From Schmidtea polychroa (Eukaryota), in contig CM097885.1 in the NCBI GenBank assembly GCA_044892525.1, forward strand, positions 18,044,001 to 18,108,000: 64,000 bases of DNA. Reading direction: 5' to 3'. This document shows positions 1-9,752 of this stretch, piece after piece. How positions within the stretch are numbered: the first letter of the stretch is position 1; the number at the start of each line of letters is the position of its first letter. A program made the translations under genes and the position numbers. Under the pieces are notes generated by a model. The model saw nothing but the letters and a program-made list of their open reading frames with translations. It was not told where the DNA came from and did not search any database.

Positions 1-274
1 AGAATTAAGAATACGGAAAGGCAGAAAGGGATCAAACCAAAGAGAAACCGAGGAAAAAGAGAGTCGGGAGAACTAAAGGAACAAAAGGTGAATATTGTTT
101 GTTGGCAAAGCATCAACGCCGAGCGGAGAATCGTATAAAACTTTGATTGGTAATTGTAGCGTGATAATAAATTGTGAACTTGTTGTTTCAATATACGTTG
201 GGTCGTTCATTGTTTTAATTTAAAGAACACCAGGAGTCAGAGAGAACCGACTAGAAATAACCCAAAACCCAACA
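1..274 (+). repeat. 3' part of the 5' LTR
   Basis: Lies just upstream of the PBS, ends in ...AACA, contains AATAAA at ~166; start is outside the window. Confidence 0.6.
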
Positions 275-281
275 TATATTC

Positions 282-300
282 TGGTGAGCCCGACGTGATT
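282..300 (+). promoter_or_regulatory. Primer binding site, tRNA-Trp type
   Basis: TGGTGAGCCCGACGTGATT differs by one base from the tRNA-Trp PBS TGGTGACCCCGACGTGATT. Confidence 0.85.
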
Positions 301-532
301 GAAAGTCGGAGGGAAATTATTGAAAGCTAGTGAAAAAGGAATTATAAAAAGAATTAGTACTGACGTGAGTGAAAGTCGGCTTAGAAGTTTGAAAATAGTG
401 TTAACGAGATTATAAAAGGCTATTATTGGGAGATTTAAAAGAAGTTGAAAAGTAATTTTAAATTATTGTTTAACGTTTGAAGTTTAGCTCAAAGTGAACC
501 GATACAACCTCAGAAGTCAGAAACAAGTCCAA

Positions 533-2458
533 ATGGCAAATGATAATGCTGTTATGCCTCTCAATAGAGAGATGATTGATTTCGCAAGTTGCCAGAAATT
601 ACCCGTCAATCAATATGGAGGAGACCCTGTTGAATTTGCAGATTTCATGGGAGATTATTATATGTACGCCTCAGCATACGGATGGACACAAGCCATTATG
701 GTTCAGAGATTCCCACTCTATCTGAAAGGTGCGGCAAGAGAAGCCTGGCAGCAAGTCGACAAACGAAATGTTGGCAATGATTGGACAAAATTGAAGGATG
801 CAATGGCACTGAAACTGGTTGGTGGAGATATCAAAAGAATCATGCGACAGAAATTTTATAATCGAGTTCAAGGTCCAGATGAATCGGTCAGTGAGTTTGC
901 TTATCATCTGACCACTTTAGCAGATAAAGCCTTTGAAGTTAAACCAGACCAAGCAGATATGGCCAAGCAGGTTAAAGAGCCATTAGAAGATCAGTTTATA
1001 ACCGGAGTCCACTCCGAAATCAAAAAAGCCCTATGTTATGTGGATTTTTCCAATTTTGATGAGCTCGTGAAGAAAGCCATGAAGATAGAGCTGAATTTAA
1101 AAAGTGCAAAAAGATCAGATGCTTTTGGAGTTAATGTGGAGAGACGTGAGCGATCAATTACGCCTGTGAGAGCACCATGGGATGAAAAGAAAATAAATCA
1201 GATCAGTAGTCCAATTTTGAGACCAAATAATAGATTTCAAGCCAGTAGATCAGCCATGAACGTACAATCAAATGGACAGGTAAATAATCCTCAATGCGAA
1301 CATTGCAAAAAGTCTGGACACTACTCAAATCAATGTTGGTTCAAATATGGGAAAAATCCCAGCCCTAACAAGAGATTCACAGAAAACAAGCGGATCAGCA
1401 GTGATGTCGAATGCTATCGATGCGGAAAGAAAGGGCATATTAGCAGAAACTGTTTTACCAGATCAAGGTCATCGTCAACGTCACCTTCACCACAAAGGGA
1501 CAAAGTGAATACAAATGGACAGATCCAATGTCATTCGTGCAAGGGATACGGCCACATGGCGCGATCATGCCCAAGGAACTCAGAAAGATTCAGCAGACCT
1601 ATCTTAAAGAAATCAATCAGATTCCAAGAAGATATGCCAAACACCAGTAACATGACATATGCTCAGAGAGAGGAATTTCAAGACAAAATGGAAAAGGAAT
1701 TTCGAGAAATGCGACAGAAGCTAAACAAACTAGTGGCGAAATTTGAATCAGATGAGGAAACTGAATCTCATATGATAATTGGAACCGTGTCAGAAGGTGA
1801 GGGAAAACCTGCCACGAAAGTGCGAAATATCGCTTCAGATGAGAATCCAACTGCACTGTTAGCCCGAGTTGAAAAATGGCTTGAGAAAATGGAAACTGAC
1901 AACTCCCAGTTGAAACGATGGATCGCAGAACTCAGTGTGATGTCACTAACCCAAAGCGAACTAAAGAGAGCCATAAATTTATGTGCAAAGTTATTCAAAG
2001 GAAACAGAGACGATGAGATACTTAAAGAAATGCAAAGGTTTGGCAAGGCTTTACGGTCAACAAGGGATTTAGCTGATATCATAGTGGAAACGACGGGACT
2101 TGATAATGTGAAGTGCCAATTCCGTTTAAACGCCTACGGACAAATCAGAGAGTTAAAGGAGCGAATACTGCGTCAATACAGTGGATGGCAAGTGCAATTA
2201 AAATTCGAAAATCGATGTCTGGAAGACGAAGAGTACTTAGTAGATTGCGGTCTGATACCAGGCTGGAAAAATAAAGTAAATGTTATTAATGCTGTTAATA
2301 CTTTGAATTCAGACAGACAAAATTGGGAAAAGATTCTAGCAGATTTACAAGATACCCTGTATGCAGGGAATAGAGATAAAATTAATGCGAGTATCGACTT
2401 CATAATGAGCATCGAAATGGATCGAGACATGAAAGAAGGGTTGTTTGAATGCACCTAA
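533..2458 (+). CDS. gag: Gag (capsid-like region, 3 CCHC zinc knuckles, coiled coil) with a C-terminal ubiquitin-like domain and the start of a Bcl-2-like domain
   Basis: YLKGAAREAW and RVQGPDESVSEFAYHL capsid motifs; CEHCKKSGHYSNQC, CYRCGKKGHISRNC, CHSCKGYGHMARSC; UBL-like IRELKERI..QLKFENRCLEDEEYLVDCGL; first ATG at 533. Confidence 0.9.
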   Translation: MANDNAVMPLNREMIDFASCQKLPVNQYGGDPVEFADFMGDYYMYASAYGWTQAIMVQRFPLYLKGAAREAWQQVDKRNVGNDWTKLKDAMALKLVGGDIKRIMRQKFYNRVQGPDESVSEFAYHLTTLADKAFEVKPDQADMAKQVKEPLEDQFITGVHSEIKKALCYVDFSNFDELVKKAMKIELNLKSAKRSDAFGVNVERRERSITPVRAPWDEKKINQISSPILRPNNRFQASRSAMNVQSNGQVNNPQCEHCKKSGHYSNQCWFKYGKNPSPNKRFTENKRISSDVECYRCGKKGHISRNCFTRSRSSSTSPSPQRDKVNTNGQIQCHSCKGYGHMARSCPRNSERFSRPILKKSIRFQEDMPNTSNMTYAQREEFQDKMEKEFREMRQKLNKLVAKFESDEETESHMIIGTVSEGEGKPATKVRNIASDENPTALLARVEKWLEKMETDNSQLKRWIAELSVMSLTQSELKRAINLCAKLFKGNRDDEILKEMQRFGKALRSTRDLADIIVETTGLDNVKCQFRLNAYGQIRELKERILRQYSGWQVQLKFENRCLEDEEYLVDCGLIPGWKNKVNVINAVNTLNSDRQNWEKILADLQDTLYAGNRDKINASIDFIMSIEMDRDMKEGLFECT

Positions 2459-5274
2459 CACGAACTGAGTTAGATCGAGATGTAATATTGACAGCGTTAG
2501 CCTATATAATATTGGAGATTGGTATTTATGGTTGTCTGGAAAATGACAGTTCAAAATCATTGATAAAGAAAGCTACGGAAATGACGAATAAATATTTGGC
2601 TAGGTGGATCGCAAACAATGGCGGATGGGAAAATTTGATACAAAAGGCTGAGAGCCCAAAAACCGAGACAGTGAGGAAAAAGGGAAAACTCGCATTTCCA
2701 TGGTTGATGATTTCTGTTATTATGTTATTGGGAATAATAAACACGACGAATTCCTTGGTGGCATACGACTGCTCCCAAACCGAAATGGGAAGAGTATATT
2801 CGTTGGTAAACGTAGCAGAGTGTTCGGATGCATATCCAGTAAAATTTAAAGTGACAAATCCAGTAAAATATTATGTATATCAAGAATCGGGATTTCGACG
2901 AGCAAAGGTGAGAGAGTGTACAGTGAAACGAACTACTTTTGTATTTTATTGTGGAAAATGGAGTCACTCATCGATGGTGAAAATGCAATCGATACCTAGA
3001 CCGATAGAAATAATTCCAGAGAATTGTTTGGTAGCCTTTGAAACAGGACAGTTGAAAATCAATGCAGATCTCAAACTACAAGCAAAGCTTAACCACAAAA
3101 TCCGTGAGACTGTAACCGTGCGAGGGATAATAAAGTCGAATGGTGATTGCCAAGGCGAGCCATACAAAGTAGACGATGCTATAATGGACAAAGCCGTGGT
3201 TGTGGAAGAGTACATGTCAGAATTAAGAGAATTTGATGGATCATTTGATGATGATACTGGTAAACTACAAACACATCCATTCTGCAACATGAAACAATCT
3301 AGCTGTCAGACAGGAGAATCAATCTTGGTGTACGATGTCGATACCAAAAAGTGCAATTTAGTGCAATTGAAGTCAATGAGTTTTAAAGAAATAACGGGAG
3401 AACAGATCAGGGAAAAGCCTGAGAAAATAAGAATGGATCCAGCAACGAGTACAACAACAAGAATCACACCTCTACGGATGAAAGATACTCCAACAGTGTT
3501 AATGTCAACCTCGGAGGAAGATGGGATGCGATTCCTGAGAAAAGAAACTAAAACAAAGTGTGGACAAAGTGTCTATGAGACAAATTATAAAGGTATATAT
3601 GTATCTCAGAAGATGATTACAGAGGCCCAAACAAACATACATGCCGGAGATATTAAGTTGACAAATTACTTTAATAACAAAATAGATTATTTATTTCACT
3701 TTGGTCAAAATACTGTTGAAAATGTGTACCGAGAAGTTATTATAAATGATTGCAATCTCAACAAAGAAATACTCCGAAATCGGATGGCAATGGCTATAAC
3801 CAATCCTAATTTGGTAGCACCAATGTTAATTGCAGAAAATGGAGTGTTCGCCAGAATTTTCGGTGAAGCACTATATAGCTATAAATGTAAAGCGGTACCA
3901 GTTAAACTGTCAAAGTATGACCAATGCACCAACGAGTTACCAGTGAATTTAAATGGAAAGTTGCGATTTATGGAGCCTGTAACACGAATCTTACTGGAAG
4001 AGGACGCGAAACCGAAAGTATTACAGTGTAATAGATTGTTAGCACCATTATACAGACTAACACCAGAATCTTGGATTGCATTACCAGATCATCGAGAAGT
4101 AAAGACACCGGAAAACTTAGAATTGACAGAATTACAATATCTGGTAAATTTTACGTCGTTAGAAAAATTGTCGCAAAGTGGAATTTACTCGAACGAAGAC
4201 ATTGAGGAAGCTCGCAGAAACTTGTTATTTCCATCAAAGAAAGAAAGAGTAATAATGGAAATGGTAGATACAATTCTCCCAAGCGGAAGTGGGAAGGTAA
4301 ATTATGAGTATTTGTTAACTCCAGATCATTACAAGAAAGCGACGTATAATACAATGAAAAAGATCTGGGGAAAGTTTATGTTCATTGGACAAGCATGTGC
4401 CGGATTGATTGGAATTTATGTAATATGTGTTGTAATCAAAGTAATAATATCGCAGGTCCTATCAACACACAGATTATATGCGATCACAGGTTGGTCGTGG
4501 AAACTAGTAATTGGTTGCATACCATTATTGGCTAGATTCTTCATTACTCATCATCAATATCAGGAGTTGGAGATACTCAAGGCTCGAATATTAAAGAAGA
4601 AAAAGGTGAGCTACGCGAGTACAACCCCTTCAAGGGACGAGAACAATGACAATGACAACGAGGGTGATAGTGCACCGTTATATGTTGACAATCAAGAACT
4701 AAGTGGAATGAATAAAGAAGCGTTAAGAACCTATCAAATCTTAAAAGAGCCACTGTTGAATGCGAGTAGCGTAGACACGTTTACAAAACTGTGTATACCA
4801 AAATCATTTATGCAACCAGCACCAGTGTATCCAGTTGATCGATTACGAGAGATGAAACCAGTGGAAAATATCGCATTACAATGTGAAGGAATGGTAGGAG
4901 AGAGAATCGAGCCTTCTAGCGCAGAGATCGAGAGAAAAAATATGTTAGGCTTACCATGCAACTACTCAATGATGACATTAACAAAAAGAGGAAAGCAACC
5001 CCGAATATTTATACAAATGAACAAACATAAAGTGGAAGCTTTAGTCGATTCGGGATCTAGTCACACAATAGTATCGGAAAATGTATTAAACGCGAAGGAA
5101 AACATGCGAATGAAGCCTACCGACGAAATAGTGAGGTCATTATCAAAAAATGAATTAAACATAATTGGACAACTTAACGTCATATTCCATATTGGAGATC
5201 GAATAATAGCGCACGATGCGCTCATAATGAAGGGAAGTCCAGTACGATGTCTGATCGGCATGGATATATTATAG
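2449..5274 (+). CDS. Bcl-2-like C-terminal half + TM/signal + envelope glycoprotein (chuvirus G / class III-like) + TM + aspartic protease
   Basis: BH2-like WIANNGGWENL (2605-2637); hydrophobic stretch 2689-2739 followed by LVAYDCS; Cys-rich ectodomain of ~540 aa; TM ~4375-4455 then LYAITGWSWKL; ALVDSGSSHTIVS and CLIGMDIL protease motifs. Confidence 0.85.
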   Translation: MHLTRTELDRDVILTALAYIILEIGIYGCLENDSSKSLIKKATEMTNKYLARWIANNGGWENLIQKAESPKTETVRKKGKLAFPWLMISVIMLLGIINTTNSLVAYDCSQTEMGRVYSLVNVAECSDAYPVKFKVTNPVKYYVYQESGFRRAKVRECTVKRTTFVFYCGKWSHSSMVKMQSIPRPIEIIPENCLVAFETGQLKINADLKLQAKLNHKIRETVTVRGIIKSNGDCQGEPYKVDDAIMDKAVVVEEYMSELREFDGSFDDDTGKLQTHPFCNMKQSSCQTGESILVYDVDTKKCNLVQLKSMSFKEITGEQIREKPEKIRMDPATSTTTRITPLRMKDTPTVLMSTSEEDGMRFLRKETKTKCGQSVYETNYKGIYVSQKMITEAQTNIHAGDIKLTNYFNNKIDYLFHFGQNTVENVYREVIINDCNLNKEILRNRMAMAITNPNLVAPMLIAENGVFARIFGEALYSYKCKAVPVKLSKYDQCTNELPVNLNGKLRFMEPVTRILLEEDAKPKVLQCNRLLAPLYRLTPESWIALPDHREVKTPENLELTELQYLVNFTSLEKLSQSGIYSNEDIEEARRNLLFPSKKERVIMEMVDTILPSGSGKVNYEYLLTPDHYKKATYNTMKKIWGKFMFIGQACAGLIGIYVICVVIKVIISQVLSTHRLYAITGWSWKLVIGCIPLLARFFITHHQYQELEILKARILKKKKVSYASTTPSRDENNDNDNEGDSAPLYVDNQELSGMNKEALRTYQILKEPLLNASSVDTFTKLCIPKSFMQPAPVYPVDRLREMKPVENIALQCEGMVGERIEPSSAEIERKNMLGLPCNYSMMTLTKRGKQPRIFIQMNKHKVEALVDSGSSHTIVSENVLNAKENMRMKPTDEIVRSLSKNELNIIGQLNVIFHIGDRIIAHDALIMKGSPVRCLIGMDIL

Positions 5275-8200
5275 CAGCTGGACGGAGTCTCACTTGATTT
5301 AAAGACAGGTAATTTGATAGCAGGAGAAACAGGAGAAATAATTCACAGGGCAGGTGAAGTGTTTGTGAATCAGACATTGACAATACCACCACAATCGGAG
5401 ATGGTATATTGTGCAAATACCATGAGTGTGGATAATGGTGATTTTATATTCGAACCAAATCAAACGCTAGTCGAAAAATATGATTTACCGATATGTGACG
5501 AAGTTGTCAAAGTGGAAAATCAGATAGTACCAGTCCATATAACGAATAGCAGCAAAAAACCGGTTCAGCTACACCCAAAAACAAAATTGGGAAAATTATC
5601 AAAAATGTCTATTGAAACAAATTGTAAAATACCAAGAAACGTCAAGGTGTATAAGGAGCCTGAAGTGGTAAGCAATGATTTAAATGAGATGCAGAAAAAG
5701 GAATTCACAAAACTGTTGAGGAAATACCGAGATATCTTTGCCAAACACGAATATGATTTGGGTTTAACCAATGTAATTGAGCATGAAATACCGTTATTAG
5801 ACGAAACTCCAATAAAAATAAAGCCATACAGAATCCCCTACGTTCATCAAGATGAAAGCGATAGACAGATTACAGCAATGAAGGAATTTGGAATAATTCG
5901 AGATAGCGCGTCACCATTCTCCTCATCAATAGTGATAGTTAAGAAAAAAGATGGAGACTTACGATTTTGCGTAGATTATCGGAAGCTAAATCAAGTTACA
6001 AGGAAAGACACTTATCCAATTCCGGTACCCCAAGAAATGTTTGATCAAATGGGAGAGGCACGATATTTCACAGTTATTGATTTAAACAAAGGGTACAATC
6101 AATTTAGAGTAAAAGAGGAAGATAGAGGAAAGACGGCGTTCTCGGATGGCAAAGGACTGTATGAGTTCAATGTGTTACCATTTGGAATAACAGGAGCCCC
6201 AGCTACATTCCAACGAGGAATGAATTATGTGTTACGAGGAATTCGACATGCATTGGTATATATCGACGATATAATAATATTTTCAAATGATTTTGAAGAA
6301 CATCTGAAGGATGTAGAAACTGTATTTAAACGGCTCAAAAGTGCAAAATTAAAAATCAAACCATCGAAATGTGAATGGGGCAAAGCAGAAGTGATTTATG
6401 TAGGACATATAATATCACGGCGAGGGTTACAAACTAATCCAGATAACATCAAAAAAGTGGAAGAGTACCCAGTACCAAAAGATGCCGATGAGGTTAGACA
6501 ATTTTTAGGTTTGGCGAGCTATTACAGAAAATTTATAAAAGATTTCTCTCATATCGCACAACCATTGAATACGTTACTAAAGAAAAACAATAAATTTATT
6601 TGGGGACAAATGCAACAAAACGCTTTCAATACATTAAAAGAGAAATTAGTAACAACTCCTATATTAAGATGTCCAGATTTTACAAAACAATTTATCTTGA
6701 TGACGGATGCAAGCAACGTTGCATTGGGTGCGGTATTGGGACAAAAATTTGAAGGTGAAAAGGACCATGTAATAGCATACGCAAGCAGATCATTGAGGCC
6801 TCACGAGAAAAACTACTCAACGATTGAAAAGGAAACGTTAGCGTTAGTGTATGGAATTACTACTTTTAGACAATATTTATTGGGCAGAAAATTTACTGTT
6901 TATACAGATCATAATCCATTACAGTGGTTAATGAAACACAGAGATTCAGCCAGTAAGTTAATACGATGGTCAATTGCCCTCCAAGAATACGACTTTGAGA
7001 TTAAATACCGGACAGGTAAAGCTAACGCGAATGCAGATGCAATGTCGAGAATCCCAGAAAATAATAGTGAAGGGACACCTGAAAAAGTGGAAGGCACTAT
7101 ATTCGCAGCAATCAAAGCTGTTAATGATATGTCTGAACTTCAAAATGATCAGGAAAACGATAGTGAATTAAAACAATTTATGGAACAAGCGGTCAAAATA
7201 AGAAAAGAACAAGACTGGAAACGACTTACAGATGCAAACAGCAAATATGTAATTCATAATGGAATACTTAAATGTTGGAAAAATGGGGAAGCATTAATTA
7301 TTATACCAGCCAAGCACAGAGATGCATTACTGATGCAGTATCATGATGGAGCGTTGGGAGGTCATTTGTCAACGCGCAAGACGCTATCAAGATTAAAATT
7401 GAAATACTTTTGGCCGACAATGGAACAAGACGTGAAAAATTGGAGTAACAGTTGCAAAGTATGCATCACCCGCAGAAATACTGGTAAAAAGATTAAAGTA
7501 CCATTAAAACCGATGCCAGTACCTGCAGCACCAATGGAGATGACGGCAATGGATATTCTGGGACCATTACCGGAAACAACAAAAGGAAACAAATACATTG
7601 TTGTTTTTTGTGACTACTTTACCAAATGGCCAGAAGCATACGCTATTCCAAACCAAAAAGCAGATACGATTGCTAGAATATTTGTGGAAAACATAATATT
7701 TCGCTATGGTACTCCAAAGAAATTGTTAACTGATCAAGGAAAGAACTTTCAAAGCGAGATGTTTAAATCAATCACAGACTTATTTGGAATTTGGAAATTG
7801 AATACGTCACCATATCATCCACAAACTGATGGATTGGTGGAACGATTTAATGGGACACTGATAAATATGATCTCATCATATGTGAATCGAAAACAGAAAG
7901 ATTGGGACGACTTCATAAAGCCGTGTCTGTTTGCCTACAGAAATGCAGTAAATCAAAGTACAGGAGAGACCCCTTTTTACTTGATGTATTTAAGGAAAAA
8001 TAATATGCCGATTGATCTCAAATTCCAACCACCAATTTCACAATATATGGAGATACCCGATTATAAAGCAGGTTTGACAATAAAGCACAACCAAGAGAAA
8101 TATAAAGAATCATACGATAAAAAAGCACATGCGCATGGCATAAAGATTGGAGATCTAGTATATCTGAACAGACCGGAACCTCTCAAAGGTTTATCGCCTA

Positions 8201-9081
8201 AATTGCAAAGACCATTTAAAGGACCCTACAAAGTGTGCGACACCACCGAAACCAATTTGAAGTTATTACCATTCAGGAGTAAAAAGGCTAACCCGATGAT
8301 TGTGCATGCAAATCGATGTAAACTAGTGCCAGAGGAAGATGAATCTAGATACCCCTTAAGATCCAAGCAGAATAAAGTAACGGGTCAAACAAAATTGAAA
8401 CAGAAATTCACGAAAAATCCAACACCAGTCAGCTACATCAATAAGATATTATATGTAGCAATAATGCTGATGTTAGTAACAGTTGCGAGCGGCAAAAAGA
8501 TTGATTTACCATATGCGGTAAACAAAATCCGAGGAATGGAGAAAATACATATATATTCCACTCTAACAAATATAGTATGGAGCTGTAAATGCGAGATCGC
8601 AGACCAAATAGAAATTATTAATTTACTAGCCAATACGGCACCAGTGGTAGAACTGAATTATGATAAAGATATAGTTGCGGTACGAAAGTTAAAGCCAAAT
8701 TACAAATACCAATGGCTGTTGAGACAGAACATGTCAAAGTGGTACACGCAAATTCCGATAGAAGTGCACACAAAAGAGATGCGAAACTTGATCGAGATAG
8801 AACCAGAGATAAACGGAATCAATATATATTGGAAGCCAGTGGACTTGGTGAAAGTGCGACTCACATTTCAAGGGTTAAATGTCGACACCCTTAACTCGCG
8901 AAAATCATTTATCCGCTACGAGAAATTGAAAATGAATCAAAATTATTCAGTTAATGCAAACTACTACGAGAACATATGCCTCGAAAATGGAACGGTAGTG
9001 AGAAACCAATGGTCACGATTTAAGAGTGAGACCCAGTCTATCTATCTCAGAGACGAGTCAAATCGTATAACCCTTATATAG
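5275..9081 (+). CDS. pol: Pol (RT, RNase H, integrase with GPY/F) fused to a signal peptide and FN3-like ectodomain; in frame with the upstream ORF across one TAG
   Basis: LRFCVDYRKLN, LPFG, YIDD (6259-6270), TDAS, HHCC zinc finger, D-D-E (MDIL, TDQG, VERFN), PFKGPY; hydrophobic ILYVAIMLMLVTVASG after the integrase. Confidence 0.95.
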   Translation, partial: QLDGVSLDLKTGNLIAGETGEIIHRAGEVFVNQTLTIPPQSEMVYCANTMSVDNGDFIFEPNQTLVEKYDLPICDEVVKVENQIVPVHITNSSKKPVQLHPKTKLGKLSKMSIETNCKIPRNVKVYKEPEVVSNDLNEMQKKEFTKLLRKYRDIFAKHEYDLGLTNVIEHEIPLLDETPIKIKPYRIPYVHQDESDRQITAMKEFGIIRDSASPFSSSIVIVKKKDGDLRFCVDYRKLNQVTRKDTYPIPVPQEMFDQMGEARYFTVIDLNKGYNQFRVKEEDRGKTAFSDGKGLYEFNVLPFGITGAPATFQRGMNYVLRGIRHALVYIDDIIIFSNDFEEHLKDVETVFKRLKSAKLKIKPSKCEWGKAEVIYVGHIISRRGLQTNPDNIKKVEEYPVPKDADEVRQFLGLASYYRKFIKDFSHIAQPLNTLLKKNNKFIWGQMQQNAFNTLKEKLVTTPILRCPDFTKQFILMTDASNVALGAVLGQKFEGEKDHVIAYASRSLRPHEKNYSTIEKETLALVYGITTFRQYLLGRKFTVYTDHNPLQWLMKHRDSASKLIRWSIALQEYDFEIKYRTGKANANADAMSRIPENNSEGTPEKVEGTIFAAIKAVNDMSELQNDQENDSELKQFMEQAVKIRKEQDWKRLTDANSKYVIHNGILKCWKNGEALIIIPAKHRDALLMQYHDGALGGHLSTRKTLSRLKLKYFWPTMEQDVKNWSNSCKVCITRRNTGKKIKVPLKPMPVPAAPMEMTAMDILGPLPETTKGNKYIVVFCDYFTKWPEAYAIPNQKADTIARIFVENIIFRYGTPKKLLTDQGKNFQSEMFKSITDLFGIWKLNTSPYHPQTDGLVERFNGTLINMISSYVNRKQKDWDDFIKPCLFAYRNAVNQSTGETPFYLMYLRKNNMPIDLKFQPPISQYMEIPDYKAGLTIKHNQEKYKESYDKKAHAHGIKIGDLVYLNRPEPLKGLSPKLQRPFKGPYKVCDTTETNLKLLPFRSKKANPMIVHANRCKLVPEEDESRYPLRSKQNKVTGQTKLKQKFTKNPTPVSYINKILYVAIMLMLVTVASGKKIDLPYAVNKIRGMEKIHIYSTLTNIVWSCKCEIADQIEIINLLANTAPVVELNYDKDIVAVRKLKPNYKYQWLLRQNMSKWYTQIPIEVHTKEMRNLIEIEPEINGINIYWKPVDLVKVRLTFQGLNVDTLNSRKSFIRYEKLKMNQNYSVNANYYENICLENGTVVRNQWSRFKSETQSIYLRDESNRITLI

Positions 9082-9099
9082 AAACGATATATAGTATAA

Positions 9100-9570
9100 A
9101 CGATATATAGAAAATCAGGAAATGATGAAAGAGTTGTTATTATCTACAAACAAAAAACCCTGACTATATTAGATGCCGGTAATCATTTTTTTACACTTTA
9201 CACTTCTGATTTAGAGACGGCATGGGAATTAACAGTTAAATATCAGCGATGGATAACCGATCCAGGCAGATGGCAAACAGTTTTCGTGGAAGTCAAGACA
9301 ATCAATGAATCGAAACGAAAATCATATACAACCACATCACCTTTCCAATTACCGACCCAAGAGACGACAAAACCTAACTCAAACAAACTAATGATGATAA
9401 ATTCGGATTTGACAGTCAACTATTGTGAATATCTCATTTACATTTTAATAACAGGTTTTCTCATCTTATCAATAACATTCATAATCATCACCATCTTGAT
9501 ATGTGTAAAAGAGAGACAACTAACTATCCTTCAACCACCATCATATTCATATTATGAGACAAGACTATAA
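9100..9570 (+). pseudogene. In-frame continuation of pol: third FN3-like repeat, S/T stalk, TM, cytoplasmic PPSY and C-terminal ETRL
   Basis: Same frame as pol, open 9100-9570; separated only by two stops inside a local AAACGATATATAG duplication (9079-9110). Confidence 0.7.
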
Positions 9571-9752
9571 ATTGTGATCTGCATGAATAGTGTATAAAAA
9601 AAAATATATATTACATTTATATTAACAATGTGCATGTTTTATAAGTACCATAGGATGAACTGTGTAATTTGTTTGAGATTCGAAGCGAGGTGTTGATGCT
9701 TTGCGAATAAAGAGTGATACAAAAAAAAATAACTATCATTTAATTTCAGAGA

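Noticed and set aside
2430..2460. Programmed -1 frameshift at the gag end
   Set aside because: No X XXY YYZ slippery heptamer; the -1 frame is closed by TGA at 2446, and a single-base deletion explains the shift better
671..8894. Short antisense and alternate-frame ORFs overlapping gag, env and pol
   Set aside because: Shadow ORFs without motifs or splice support
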